Assembly (NCBI GenBank): GCA_002633005.1
Contig: NMRA01000235.1
Span: 236,808 to 300,807, forward strand
DNA length: 64,000 nucleotides
Reading direction: 5' to 3'
Source: Phoronis australis
Taxonomy: Eukaryota; Animalia; Phoronida
Shown here: one piece after another, positions 52,821-64,000 of the stretch
Numbering within the stretch: position 1 is the stretch's first letter
How the letters are laid out: each line of letters starts with the position of its first letter
Notes under the pieces: generated by a model
The model's database searches: none
The model's input: only the letters and a program-made list of their open reading frames with translations
What the model was told of the DNA's origin: nothing
Program-made: the position numbers and the translations under genes

Positions 52821-53539
52821 ATCCCAAGAGGACCAGTAAATGAACAAAACGCCCAATGCTGGCTCAATTTTCGTCAAAAATCCTTTTAAGGACATATCTC
52901 AGCTTCAGAACTTGCACTTTTCAGGAAAGTTCTTCTTCAAGCAAGAGAGACGGGAAGAGTGAACCAAGCCTAAGTTTGAAAGATCACAAATAAGACCACT
53001 GACGAAACAGCACCCTGAACAAAAAAACACTAACACAATGGATCGTGAGTACGAACAACCGTGTTGGTGAGTGCCACACACCACTGTGACAGAATTAATA
53101 ATACAACATCGAACAGACTGGCCACATATCACAAACTCAAATTAGTGAGGTAAATCTGCAACAGGGTGCGTACTGGTTTGATGTGAATGGTGACAGTCAC
53201 AAGGTGGAGAGCGTCCCATCCATGAGTCGGCTTGCCAAAAACTGCCAAACATCATGTCTTGAAAATCGACAAAATTCTGTAAGTCTCCTCATAACAGTTC
53301 GGCAAAGAAGCTTTTTACATATGTTTGAGTACCGGAAGCAACAACCATGACGCCCAGTTGTTGAAAACATTAAATGATCACATATCCTGACTTGAAACAA
53401 CAACCAACAACTAGGGACTAAACGGTATACATCATCATCATGAAGTGAGGACTGTTCCTTATAAATGCTAAACTACAGCTGATGTCAGGGCTTTGAAACA
53501 ACTGTTCATTACTGCCCCAGAACAGGCTCTACAAGTTGG

Positions 53540-53772
53540 CTTGTCATTGCTTGTCAAGGCGGGCCATTACTTGTCAAGGCGGGCCATTGCTTATCAAGGG
53601 GGTCATTACTTGTCAAGGCGGGTGATTACTTGTCAAGGTGGGTCGTTGCTTGTCAAGGTGGGTCATTACTTGTCAAGGCGGGTCATTACTTGTCAAGGTG
53701 GGTCGTTGCTTGTCAAGGTGGGTCATTGCTTGTCATGGGCATCACTGCTTGTAAAGGCAGGTCATTGCTTGC
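53540..53772. repeat. 20-bp minisatellite (GGGTCATTRCTTGTCAAGGY) x~11
   Basis: Direct observation. Confidence 0.93.
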
Positions 53773-54122
53773 CATAGCGTGTCATTTTATGTGCCACCCA
53801 AGGTCATGAACAACGAAATGTTTGTTCTTTGTAAACCCAGAAAACACTTCTCACCCAGAGTAATGGTGAGTTTAGACCAATTTCATAGCAGCAAAACTGT
53901 CCAACTCAAAAGTTTACTTTTTGGTCAGAACTCATTTTACAATATAACAAATTTTCTGAGCTTTCATGTAAGTTCCTGAGTACTATTTTCATTCAAAAGT
54001 TCAAATGACCTTGTCCTAGTTAATATCTCCCAGTAGGGGAAAACAGGGTTGATTATCCCTCTAACAACACATGGACATCTACTAAGTAACACATAGCATC
54101 ACAGACACTTACCTATCCCATC

Positions 54123-54249
54123 TCATTTGGGCGAGTCTTCATATAGTCGAGGTCCATAGAATGGCACTTTGCCCATAACAAGCTTCCACTCACTGATGTA
54201 AAGCCCAACAACTGCAGCGGACGCTCCAAAGATGCCTGCAGACACAACC
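54123..54249 (-). CDS. UQCR11: UQCR11 exon 2, duplicate copy A (allelic/assembly duplicate or true exon duplication)
   Basis: Same peptide as 55231-55357 with a TGA stop and donor gtaagt 10 nt after the stop. It lies in the ~0.9-kb duplication 54089-54984 / 55190-56090 flanking the N gap. Confidence 0.65.
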
Positions 54250-55020
54250 CTGGATAGAAGACATTGTACCATTCAACACTGACCCAGGATTCATAAGAGT
54301 TGCCAAAACATTACCACTCTTGCTAGTGCCCTGTACTCCCCATGATGTCATTTCCTCTCTAGTCAGGACCAAATACAATCAGTGTTGGATGAGTCATCAC
54401 TACACAACACATCGGTCTATATTATGAGTAGGCACTTCTCTTGGACTCCTGTACATGCATATTGTTTTACACGCAAAAGTTTATGGTAAATTTTTGTTTT
54501 TAAGTACTTGTCATTTTCACTTTAAAATTGGTTGCTCTAAAGTGGAATCTGTCCTGACATTTACATGGACAGTTATTTGTGTATTCGTAACCAATGGACT
54601 ACTGACGTGATATTCGTGATAAGTATGATAGTGACACCTTGAGGTCATAAACTGTACCACTCTTTGTAACAAGAAATGTTCCAAAGAGTTGCGAATCAAA
54701 GTCAGACTTCATTCCTCATAACAGTCTCCAAAAGATTTGAGTAGTAAAATTTTTAATGTGAAAATTGTGTTATTTCACATACTATTCGCGGAAAAAAAAA
54801 TTACTGTACAATTAAATTTGAACGATAAATCATGAAAAGCCTTTATTGAAATTCTCAAACTACACATTCTTATCTTTAATGATATGGAAAATGATACACC
54901 AGCAAGTCTGCCACTATGCAGAAACGCATATATTTCATACTTAAGTCATCAAAACGATGACTTACATCAAAGTTGTCAATCAGANNNNNNNNNNNNNNNN
55001 NNNNNNNNNNNNNNNNNNNN

Positions 55021-55290
55021 ACAGACACTTACCTATCCCATCTCATTTGGGCGAGTCTTCATATAGTCGAGGTCTATACAATGGAACTTTGCCCATAACA
55101 CATAGTGGAGCATCACAGACACTTACCTATCTCATCTCATTTGGGCGAGTCTTCATATAGTCGAGGTCTATACAATGGAACTTTGCCCATAACACATAGT
55201 ATAGCATCACAGACACTTACCTATCTCATCTTATTTGGGTGAGTCTTCATATAGTCGAGGTCCATAGAATGGCACTTTGCCCATAACAAG
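55021..55290 (-). repeat. 94-bp tandem array (>=3 units, running into the N gap) containing the 3' end of UQCR11 exon 2, the stop and the splice donor
   Basis: Units start at 55021, 55115 and 55209. Confidence 0.9.
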
Positions 55291-55357
55291 CTTCCACTCA
55301 CTGATGTAAAGCCCAACAACTGCAGCGGACGCTCCAAAGATGCCTGCAGACACAACC
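55231..55357 (-). CDS. UQCR11: UQCR11 (cytochrome b-c1 complex subunit 10, 6.4 kDa) exon 2: W-VVSAGIFGASAAVVGLYISEWKLVMGKVPFYGPRLYEDSPK*
   Basis: Acceptor tcttctatccag. Aligns by eye with human WVPTAYTWGAVGAVGLVWATDWRLILDWVPYINGKF. Donor gtaagt at 55220 implies a non-coding exon 3, as in human UQCR11. Confidence 0.88.
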
Positions 55358-56414
55358 CTGGATAGAAGACATTGTACCATTCAACACTGACTCAGAATTC
55401 ATAAGAGTTGCCAAAACATTACCACTCTTGCTAGTGCCCTGTACTCCCCATGTCATTTCCCCTCTAGTCAGGACCAATATTAAAATCAGTGTTGGATGAG
55501 TCATCATTACACAACACATCAGTCTATATTATGAGTAGGCACTTCTCTTGGACTCCCATACATGCATATTCTTTTAAATGCGGTAAATTTTTGTTTTTAA
55601 GTACTTGTCATTTTCACTTTAAAATTGGTTGCTCTAAAGTGGAATCTGTCCTGACATTTACATGGACAGTTATTTGTGTATTCGTTACCAATGGACTGCT
55701 GACGTGATATTCGTGACAAGTATGATAGTCACAAGAATGATAGTGACACCTTGAGGTCATAAACTGTACCACTCTTTGTAACAAGAAATGTTCCAAAGAG
55801 TTGTGAATCAAAGTCAGACTTCATTCCTAATAACAGTCTCCAAAACATTTGAGTAGTAAAATTTTTAATGTGAAAATTGTGTTATTTCACATACTATTCG
55901 CGGAAAAAAAATTACAATTAAATTTGAACGATAAATCATGAAAAGCCTTTATTGAAATTCTCAAACTACACATTCTTATCTTTAATGATATGGAAAATGA
56001 TACACCAGCAAGTCTGCCACTATGCAGAAACGCATATATTTCATACTTAAGTCATCAAAACGATGACTTACATCAAAGTTGTCAATCAGATATGTCATAC
56101 CTGGTCCCGAAGGTAACGAGCCAGGTAGCTTTTAACATAATTGGTGGGCGGGTATTTTAGTTTAGTATTGGATACTTTCAAAAAGAAATTTAGTTCTTAC
56201 TAAAGTGATGACAGCTGCCATGGTAGGTGGTACTTCAAGATTTCCCAAGCATCATCTGAATTTGGAGGTACGCGAAGTGAAAGTGTAGAATCAAGTGCCA
56301 TGATAAACATTACACTCAAATTGGCCGTCAAACATTAATCTGCAGGTGTCGAAACTGCGATCATGTGAAGTTGTGAACACATTTATCTTAAGAAATAGTA
56401 CACATCAAATATAA

Positions 56415-57028
56415 CTGCACAGGTTTTTAACACTGCGTGCAGCAGGTGGTATGACGTCATATACCCTGGAGAGCTGTGTAAAAATGGTCAGTTTCTGCTT
56501 TTGGGAACTGAATGAAGGACTGCTTGAAGGAAAAGTTTGATGTTTGACAACAGTTTTAGTTTGAGTTGGAAGGAATTAAAGACATTAACGACCTCCTAAG
56601 GTGTCCGTCTATGTGCAAAAGGTACATATAACAACAATGTGCACTGACTAAAACTTCAAAGCCACATTGTTATAAATACCTTGTGCTCACAAAGGGGCAC
56701 TCTCGAAGGCCACTGATGTATGTAATTCCTTCCAACTCAAACAAATACTCCCGTTATCAAACTTTTTCTTTGAGCAGTCCCTCGTTCCCAAATTCGGTAA
56801 CTCACCATTTTTAACAATGTGCGCGTCAGGTGGTATGACTTCATATCCACTGGCGCACATTGTTAAAAATGGTGAGTTTTCGATTTTGGGAACTGAACGA
56901 AGAAAAAGTTCGATAACGAGAGTATTTGTTCGATTTGGAAGGAATTAAATACATCGCCGGCCTCCTAAGGTGTCCCTCTATACGCAAAAGGTATTTATAA
57001 CAATGTAGCATTGATGTTTAGTCAGTGT
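56415..57028. mobile_element. Palindromic MITE-like element (56642-57028) preceded by a diverged partial copy (56415-56640), in UQCR11 intron 1
   Basis: CACTGACTAAAAC..ACATTGTTATAAATACC is mirrored by GGTATTTATAACAATGT..GTTTAGTCAGTG. Symmetry centres TATGACTTCATA (~56840) and TATGACGTCATA (~56455). Confidence 0.75.
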
Positions 57029-57535
57029 GAGGCGTAATTCGCCGAAAATTTTCCGGTGTATGAAGCCCCATAGGAGGTTCACAATCTCTATTGCGGAGCT
57101 AATATCACAGACACTTTTAATCAGCCTCTAGTATGACACTATATCTATATACTATAGTACATAACAGTGAGAGTGCCTGTGCTTCTATTAGCTATACAGT
57201 TAGAGTTTAATTACTGCACCCTGCCCCTGGGCCTGGCACTGCCACTTCTTCTGTTTTATCTCTCTTGAATGAAGCAATTCACAGTCGAAGCTGAGGATTC
57301 TGAAGTGGCACATGTTACGAAATACAATGATCACTAATATGAGAGGAAGGCTGTCTGGAAGTGATGCAAAGAGGCAGCAACAATGACGTGGGCAGGTAAG
57401 TTGTTCCAAAAAAATCCAGGACGTTGAGTGTTGTGCCTTGTACTAGCCCTTGTGGAGGGGAAGAAGGAATTTTGCGGGCGATGTTAACTGGTTATTTGCC
57501 CTACTGCAACCTCGTCTACTTTGAACAGCCCTTAC

Positions 57536-57609
57536 CAATTTTTGGCCATTTGAATTTGACGACGCCCAACTGGACTCGCCAGAGCTCGTAACGCTCCTGT
57601 TGTCCTCAT
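57536..57609 (-). CDS. UQCR11: UQCR11 exon 1 (MRTTGALRALASPVGRRQIQMAKN-W); total protein 66 aa
   Basis: Start context AAAATG and donor TG|gtaagg splitting the Trp codon in phase 2. GRRQIQMAKNW corresponds to human GPRYRELVKNW. Confidence 0.88.
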
Positions 57610-57681
57610 TTTAACAGTCTGTGGGAGTCCAAATGACTGACTATATTCCAAGTTCGCCAAAACTTGACCAACGTTTGTTTT

Positions 57682-57690
57682 ACTTCCGGT
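57682..57690 (-). promoter_or_regulatory. ETS/GABP-type site ACCGGAAGT upstream of UQCR11
   Basis: Exact motif ~75 nt upstream of the ATG; this motif class is typical of respiratory-chain gene promoters. Confidence 0.5.
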
Positions 57691-57808
57691 CGAAAGAGGG
57701 CGATAATGTGGACATGGTATGCAGTAGCGCCCCCCGCGTCAAACTGGGAACTGACATCGGAGGACCTGTTCGGCGTCCGGCCGCAGAGCGGGGCCTCTGC
57801 ATATACAA

Positions 57809-58257
57809 CAGTGGCGGATCTATATAAGATCTCATGCATGGGCGGCGCACCATAGGGGACTGGGGTGGGGGGCTATAGCCCCCACTTTTTTCAGTGCTAC
57901 GCCGGACATGGTCTATGAGGCGACGGGTGCACCAGGGGCCCCCCCCGCTGAGGCCGGCCCGGCCCGGCCGCGCGGGCTTTAGCCCCTGCCACTTTTTTCA
58001 GTGCTACGCAGCCCATGTCAGGGGGAGAACATTTTGTTTCGTAGAAAATCGTACAAAGAGCGATTATAGAGGCGCCGAGAGCGGGTTCCCGCCTCTGGCC
58101 GGGCCCACGAGGGGACAATTTTGTAGTTTTTGCCTCTGAATGACAAGAAGCATTTTCCAAGTTAATTTCCTTAGTATAATCAGACCTCGACGGCTCTACT
58201 TTATAGCTAGGTGATTTAAAACTGCCACCCGCCCCGGCCCCCGCAATTCCGCCTGTG
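57809..58257. mobile_element. GC-rich non-autonomous DNA-transposon-like remnant(s)
   Basis: Ends CAGTGGCGGATC ... AATTCCGCCTGTG resemble those of the 34418-35419 element. Internal duplication CCACTTTTTTCAGTGCTACGC. Confidence 0.45.
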
Positions 58258-60429
58258 TACACCGGCAATTGGGCTATTAGTATAGGCTACTCTGGCCGGT
58301 GGGGCCTACATTGTTAAAAGCACCCTAGCCTTAAAAAATTACACCGGTTTCGTTTGCGCTCCCTTGAAAACGTGCTCTTCATACACCCAGATTTGCATAA
58401 GAACACGAATCAGTGAAGACGGACAGAAAGTCCAAGACTAACTTACCGGGAAGACCCGGCCTCCGCCAGCTAGCTCTTGCAAGGGATCAACTTTGGAGAC
58501 TTGATCTCTTTTTCAGTTTTTTATAAAATGTATTATTTCAAAATTCCAATTTTTAAAGGCATAGTGCACCGCATCCTTTCGGAAGTGGCGTACTTGTATA
58601 GACTGAGATCTTGGGAATTAGCTCCTGAATAGCACCGTGTAATGGCCGCCATGAAGCCGTGACGTCACGAATATCCACCGATGAGAGTTTTGCCGGGTAA
58701 ATAGCAGTAAATAACTACTTATTGGCTGACCTCGCCTGTTGTTCACCAACCAAATTCGCTCTAATTTTGACCAACCGGTTGGGTGAATAGCGGTGGCCCT
58801 AATTAGGTAATATTCACTCGATAACGATGAAAGTATGGGTACTTATTTGTAGCAAACCAATGGACTCAGTTACTACGTAATCAAATTTCTTTTAGTATAA
58901 ATCTTCAAGATGAAATTTCACCAAGGCCGCCGGGCAACTTAATTCGTTTTCATGCCACCATTATAATTCATTTAAGTGAATTCAAAAAATATATAAATGC
59001 TATTGACTAGCTATATGTTCCGATGTTGGAGCAAATTTGGAATTGTTCTTGAGTCCTAGTATAACGTCATGGGTCTAGAAACAAATTCTAATCAAGTGAG
59101 GTCAAATTTACGAGACAACTAGGGCTATAAAATGTTCTGAATGAATTTTCTACATATTTAAAAAGGTATAGCGATTCCTGCCGTGATTGTACGGCAACTG
59201 TTAGAGTATAATCTCATATCCGAGGAGTGCATGTGTAAGAGTAGTTCAGAGAATTAAGTGTTATGTAATACACCCCCAACATGAGGAACTGTAGTAAATA
59301 TGTTTGTACAGTATATCCTGTTATGATTCATGTATGTGAAAAAAAAGTGTATGATCGCATGGATTGTAACGGACTCAGTATAGTATCAGTAGAAGAGTAT
59401 GTAATAAAACTATATTATCCTCCATCAGACTAGTATTATCCTTGGACCGCGTTCTCGCACTGCGTCGCGCGTTCAACGTTCCTAACCGAACAGAATGCCT
59501 TTCACTGTTAGCACATCAACAGCAACTCGATCATACGTCACTGAGTGTTCAAGGGACTAATATTTTTAAGTGACCTCCTGAAACTAAATAGGTAAACTTG
59601 GCAACGACAGAAATTACTCTCCGTCCAGGCCTCCAACGTACTCGTCATATTCGCGGGCGCGTTTGTTATTGGTCGCTTCCAACGTCTGGCGCGCGTCGTT
59701 GTTAAATTGGCCAAGGGTTTCACCACTCCACGCTGGGGAGGCTTCCGTGCCAGAACTCACTACTTCAAATCTGACACAAATCCGTCCTTGCTCGCAACGA
59801 AACCCTTCTGGACTAACAGGGCGCCGGCCGGAACGGAGTTTACTTCAACCGCTCTTGCCTCCGCATTTAACACGCATTCAGCATGCACGTGGTCATCGGT
59901 CACCACCTTCCGGCCAGCTGGGCTTTATCACCCTCTAGACCCCCTTCCAGTTTTTTGTAATCCTACTCCCATCCTAACACCCAAACCTGACCCCCCTCCC
60001 TGTGCTCTTACATCAGTTTAGTTAAGTCTTCTTTACTTATACCTAGCTCCTTCAAACTCAATATTTACTTCACCGGTTTTCCCGGCGAGGTTCTCCTTCC
60101 TTAAGTGTTACCACTTTAATTATGTTCACATATTTAGCTCCTCCAAGATTTAACATCTTTCGGAGATTCGCCCACAGGTCGCTTTATTCGGGTTTTTTAT
60201 TCAACTCAGCGATGTTCAAGAAGGTATAGGTTTGGGATTCACGCCTGTTAGAGCTCATGCAGTAATGTACTTTTGTGTTCCTTTTCTACCATGTGTGGCG
60301 CTATATGTCATCTTTGCTTGTCCTCATGCAGTTAGTTCCCTTCTTCCTTCCCAGGGTCTGTAACCTGGTTGACCCCCGGTATATAGTCTACACAGTGTGT
60401 TTTTCTTTTTTAGCACACACACACAAGAA

Positions 60430-62267
60430 ATGTACAAGGTCGTCCACCCAAAAGTCATCCATCCCTTTCGCTCGGACTGTCACCTCTTCTCAGACTTCAA
60501 CATCTGCCGAATCTCAACCACCTACTGACCCCGGCCCGTCATGGACTATGCAAAACTTGCTGCCAAGCTAAAGCGACCATATGACGCAGATTCCTCCACT
60601 CCGCTTATTATCGTTAGCCTGAGGGCTTGGCTGGATCCTGCTCCTTTCCTTCATCCACCACAACCTGCTACATCCAAACTTCCAATGCAAGTCTTCGACG
60701 TGGCTCGACAGTCTTCATTTTGGAGTTACCCTCTATCAATCATTTTTATGAATTCTTGCCGGTGGAGTCTCATGTCGACTCCACAACTCGCCAACCTATC
60801 TTTCAACAGTCCGTCTTTTGCAGCTCGATCAAGACCAAGGACCATCTCGTCCAAGAGGACCCAGGCAGTGTTCGAGTTTCAGCTAATAAATGTGCTGGCG
60901 AGTTACTTGAATACGAGGCAACATCCACATATGGTCCATATGTGGAAGGTTACTGGCCCGGCCCCAAATCCATAGGCCCTGGGCCACCGTGTAGTTGTAA
61001 TGCTGGACACAGGCCTTTAACACCCTGGTCCAAAAGCTCCCTCAGGACGTGCAAAAGCTGCCCAAGCATTCCTCTATTATTCACCACAACACCCACTTGG
61101 CTAGGCAATTAATAAATGGTTTCTCTTTTGGTTTAAACTAGGCATACCCAACAACTTGCTTCCCCCTCCCCCGCCTACCATCCGTCCGTAACAGAAAATA
61201 CAGACCGAGGTTGTACTGGGTCACTCCGCCCACTATTCCAGGTTTTCTCTTCAGAGCCTCATGTACACATCTCTAAGACTCAACCTGGGATATTCCGACT
61301 TGTCATATCTGTCTCGTCACTCTAATTCTGTTAACCCACACAACCCCCACAATTTTCCCAGGTCCGGCCAGTACCAGTCCATCATTGGCGATATACGCCT
61401 GGTTCAACAATCTGGACACAACTCACTCATGTCAAAGACCGACATCAAGGATGCTTTTAGAATCGTGCTGTTCACTCTGGCGAGTACCATCTCTTACGCC
61501 TACACTGTATATCAACAACTTCTACGAACAGGTGCCTTCCATTCGTCTGCGCTTCCACCAGTTCAGCGATTCAATGGATACTAAAACACAAGGTCGACGT
61601 CACATTCATCTCACTCTGGAACTCCGTCGGCATCCCCATCAACCACAGTTCAACAAATCACACGGCATCCATCTCGATTCAGCAACCATGACCGCTTCTC
61701 TCTCACAAGAAAAGGTGGTTAAGGCTACGGACCTCATTCTCGACTTCCAGAAGCGCCGTTATCCCCAATCTCAGTCCGGTCTACTTGTTCAGACATCGAG
61801 CCTGGCTGCGCCTTCCTCCGTCGCTTCATCAACTTCACCATTGGTACTGCCAAACCAAATCACCACCTCAATCTCAAAAAAGAAGCCAGAGCTAACTTCA
61901 AGGCATGGTTAATTGTCCTCCAAAGCTACAACAGGGAAACCCTATTTCTCGCTCGACGAACTGACATCTTCCAATACAATCAAACTATACTCCGACGCTA
62001 CAGGCATCAATGCGAGCTTTGCGGCAACTCTGGGGCTTCGTGGTTTGCCAGCCCTTGGCCAGCTCATCTCCAGCACTATCACATCACTCTAATGTAACTC
62101 TTACATATCGTCTTGTTGGAGCTTTGGGGCAATATTCTCTTGCTATATGTATGTGGCATCAGTCGTCGACAAATAAAGAAGACCTCTTCCCCCCACCCAT
62201 AGAAGACCTCTTCCCCCCACCCATTACGGCGTTTTCCCGTTGCTCCCAACTTGTTCGATTCTATAGC
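60430..62267 (+). mobile_element. Decayed DIRS-group (Ngaro-like) retrotransposon: gag-like, RT and RNase H remnants; tyrosine recombinase not seen
   Basis: DLSY...SVN, LMSKTDIKDAFRI, GIHLDSATMTASLSQEKV, FLRRFINFT..KPNHHLNL, W...LQSYN and KLYSDATG..F.A..G.SWF..PWP, in order with frameshifts. Confidence 0.78.
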
Positions 62268-64000
62268 TGAGGTCACAAAAGACGAAATTATACAAACCAT
62301 CGGCAGTATGAAAGACGGAACTTCGCCAGGATGTGATAAAATTAGCATTGAGTTCTACAGGTATGCTGATAAAAAGTTGGTAGATTCGCTGTTCCATCTA
62401 TACAACTACTTGGACAAAATCCAATATAGTACCGATATTTAATGGCGGTGCCAAAATGCCTGAAAATTTCAGAGGAATTTCCCACATGCAACTCACAGCC
62501 AAAATATTCGAAAAAATATTGTGCCAGCGACTTCAAAAATGGTCGGAAAGAAAAAACGTAATTAGTATGTCTCAAGCTGCGTTTAGGAAAGGGCACAGTA
62601 CGGTGGATCACATGTTTGCTTAATATACGTTAATAATTAAATATTTGTCACGAGAGAAAGGTAAACGTTATTGTGGTTTCGTTGATTTTAAAACTGCTTT
62701 TGACAGTATATAAATAAGCGCATTATATTTTAAATTTAAGAACAATCGCATAGAAGGTAACATGTATAAGATAATCAAAGCAATACACGCTGAAGTAAAA
62801 GCGTGCGTGAGATTGAATACTGGGAGCTATACGGAGTTCTTTGATTGTTAGAATGGTCTAAAACAAGGTTCTCAGCTATCACCGTTTTTGTTTATTTCAT
62901 TTATAAACGATCTCGAGCAAGAATTAGAATCCGGTGGCGCTGAAAACAAATTCATGGGATCAGCTGAATTATTGCATCTGCCGTTTGCTGATAATTTGGT
63001 TTTATTTTCTTATAGTGTGAATGGACGGCAGAAAACAATGAATATTATAGATGAGTATTGTAAGAAATGGAAACTGATTGTTAACATATCGATGACTAAG
63101 ATAAATGATTACAGAAATGGTGGGATGTTACGATCGTATGAAACATGGACCTATGATGGGAATACTGTTAATATTGTAAATGCATATAAATATCTAGGAT
63201 TAATGTTTACTACGAAAGGTTCGTGGTCTTGCGCACAGATAGCTCTATCATTACAGATTGCTAAGGCAGTGGATGTAATGATGAAAAATGTCAATGGTTT
63301 TAATGCACTCCCTATTAAAGTTAGTTTGAAATTATTCGATTGTACAATACTGCCGATACTTCATTATGGCAGTGAGATCTCTGGGTTTTAGTGAGGGTGA
63401 ATGTACTGAAATAGTCCACACAAAATTTTGTAAAGAAATTTGAAATTTGCCCAGCGCTTCAATTTCATCGGATGTTAGAGGTGAGGTGGGACGTTACTCC
63501 TTGATTGCATACCGACTTCCTAGAATTATGAAATATCGGTTAAAACTACAAAAACCTATGTGTCAAAGATTACATATTATTGCTATGAATGGCAGTACAA
63601 TATGACGGAAAATGTTAACCGTGCTGGGTTAATGATGTTAAGAAATTGCTATTTCTGTTTCGTTTTGGAGAAGCAAGGTACAATCAGGGTTTAGGTTTCG
63701 AGACCAGCTTCATATCACTTTTTAAACAGATATGCAAAGATATTGATCAGAAAAAATGGCAAGATATTTTGAACAATTCGATTAAGCTGGAAACTTAAAG
63801 AACTTTTAAGTTAAATATATGTTTTGAAAATTATTTAGATGTAATTGACAATGCAAATGTTAGCTCTGATATGGTAAGATTGAGATCTTCAGCGCATGCA
63901 CTAATGATTGAAAAGGGTAGACACTTGAAACTTAGCAGACCAGAAAGGTTATGCCCTCTTTGTGTTAGGATATGTGTCGAGTCAGAATATCATTTTGTTA
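62268..64000 (+). mobile_element. Decayed LINE (RTE-X-like) RT and C-terminal Cys/His region, running off the window
   Basis: SPGCDKISIEFY, FVDFKTAFDS, GLKQGSQLSPFLF..FINDL, FADNL, YKYLG, PILHYGSEI and RLRSSAHALMIEKGR..RPERLCPLC...VESEYHF, with stops and frameshifts. Confidence 0.85.

Noticed and set aside
54190-55811. Paired ORFs in the track (54190-54378/55298-55519 and 54517-54699/55614-55811)
   Set aside because: Wrong-frame or intronic readings of the duplicated UQCR11 segment.
56101-56138. MLKATWLVTFGT-R mini-exon as UQCR11 exon 1
   Set aside because: Phase-compatible, but 57536-57609 gives the homologous KNW junction, a stronger donor and a promoter motif.

Overview
AT-rich, intron-containing animal genomic DNA, most likely a marine invertebrate (inferred from the Homeobrain gene and the transposon mix). 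It is not prokaryotic and has no CRISPR, rRNA or operon structure. Four spliced genes can be rebuilt by hand with consistent splice phases. (1) The last three coding exons of an unidentified + strand protein with a helical region and a Ser/Pro/basic tail carrying SxIP-like motifs (2122-4997). (2) A complete 4-exon, 286-aa PRD-class homeobox gene Homeobrain (Hbn; eh1/octapeptide, Q50 homeodomain, OAR) on the - strand (12146-19246), with ~20 kb of gene-free upstream DNA. (3) A complete 7-exon, 202-aa PTTG1IP/PBF orthologue on + (39040-48807). (4) A 66-aa UQCR11 (complex III 6.4-kDa subunit) on - (55231-57609), which the ORF track misses; its exon 2 occurs twice across an assembly gap and its 3' end is tandemly repeated. 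Mobile DNA comprises an internally deleted Harbinger with TIRs and a CTG target-site duplication, decayed CR1/L2-group LINEs, a DIRS/Ngaro-like relic cut off by an RTE-X-like LINE, palindromic MITE-like foldbacks and a tRNA-derived SINE head, plus many mini- and microsatellites. Three duplications abut N gaps and are probably uncollapsed haplotypes. I found no convincing wholly new system. The best leads are the Hbn locus lacking adjacent Rx/Otp, the SxIP-tailed unknown protein and the UQCR11 exon-end array.
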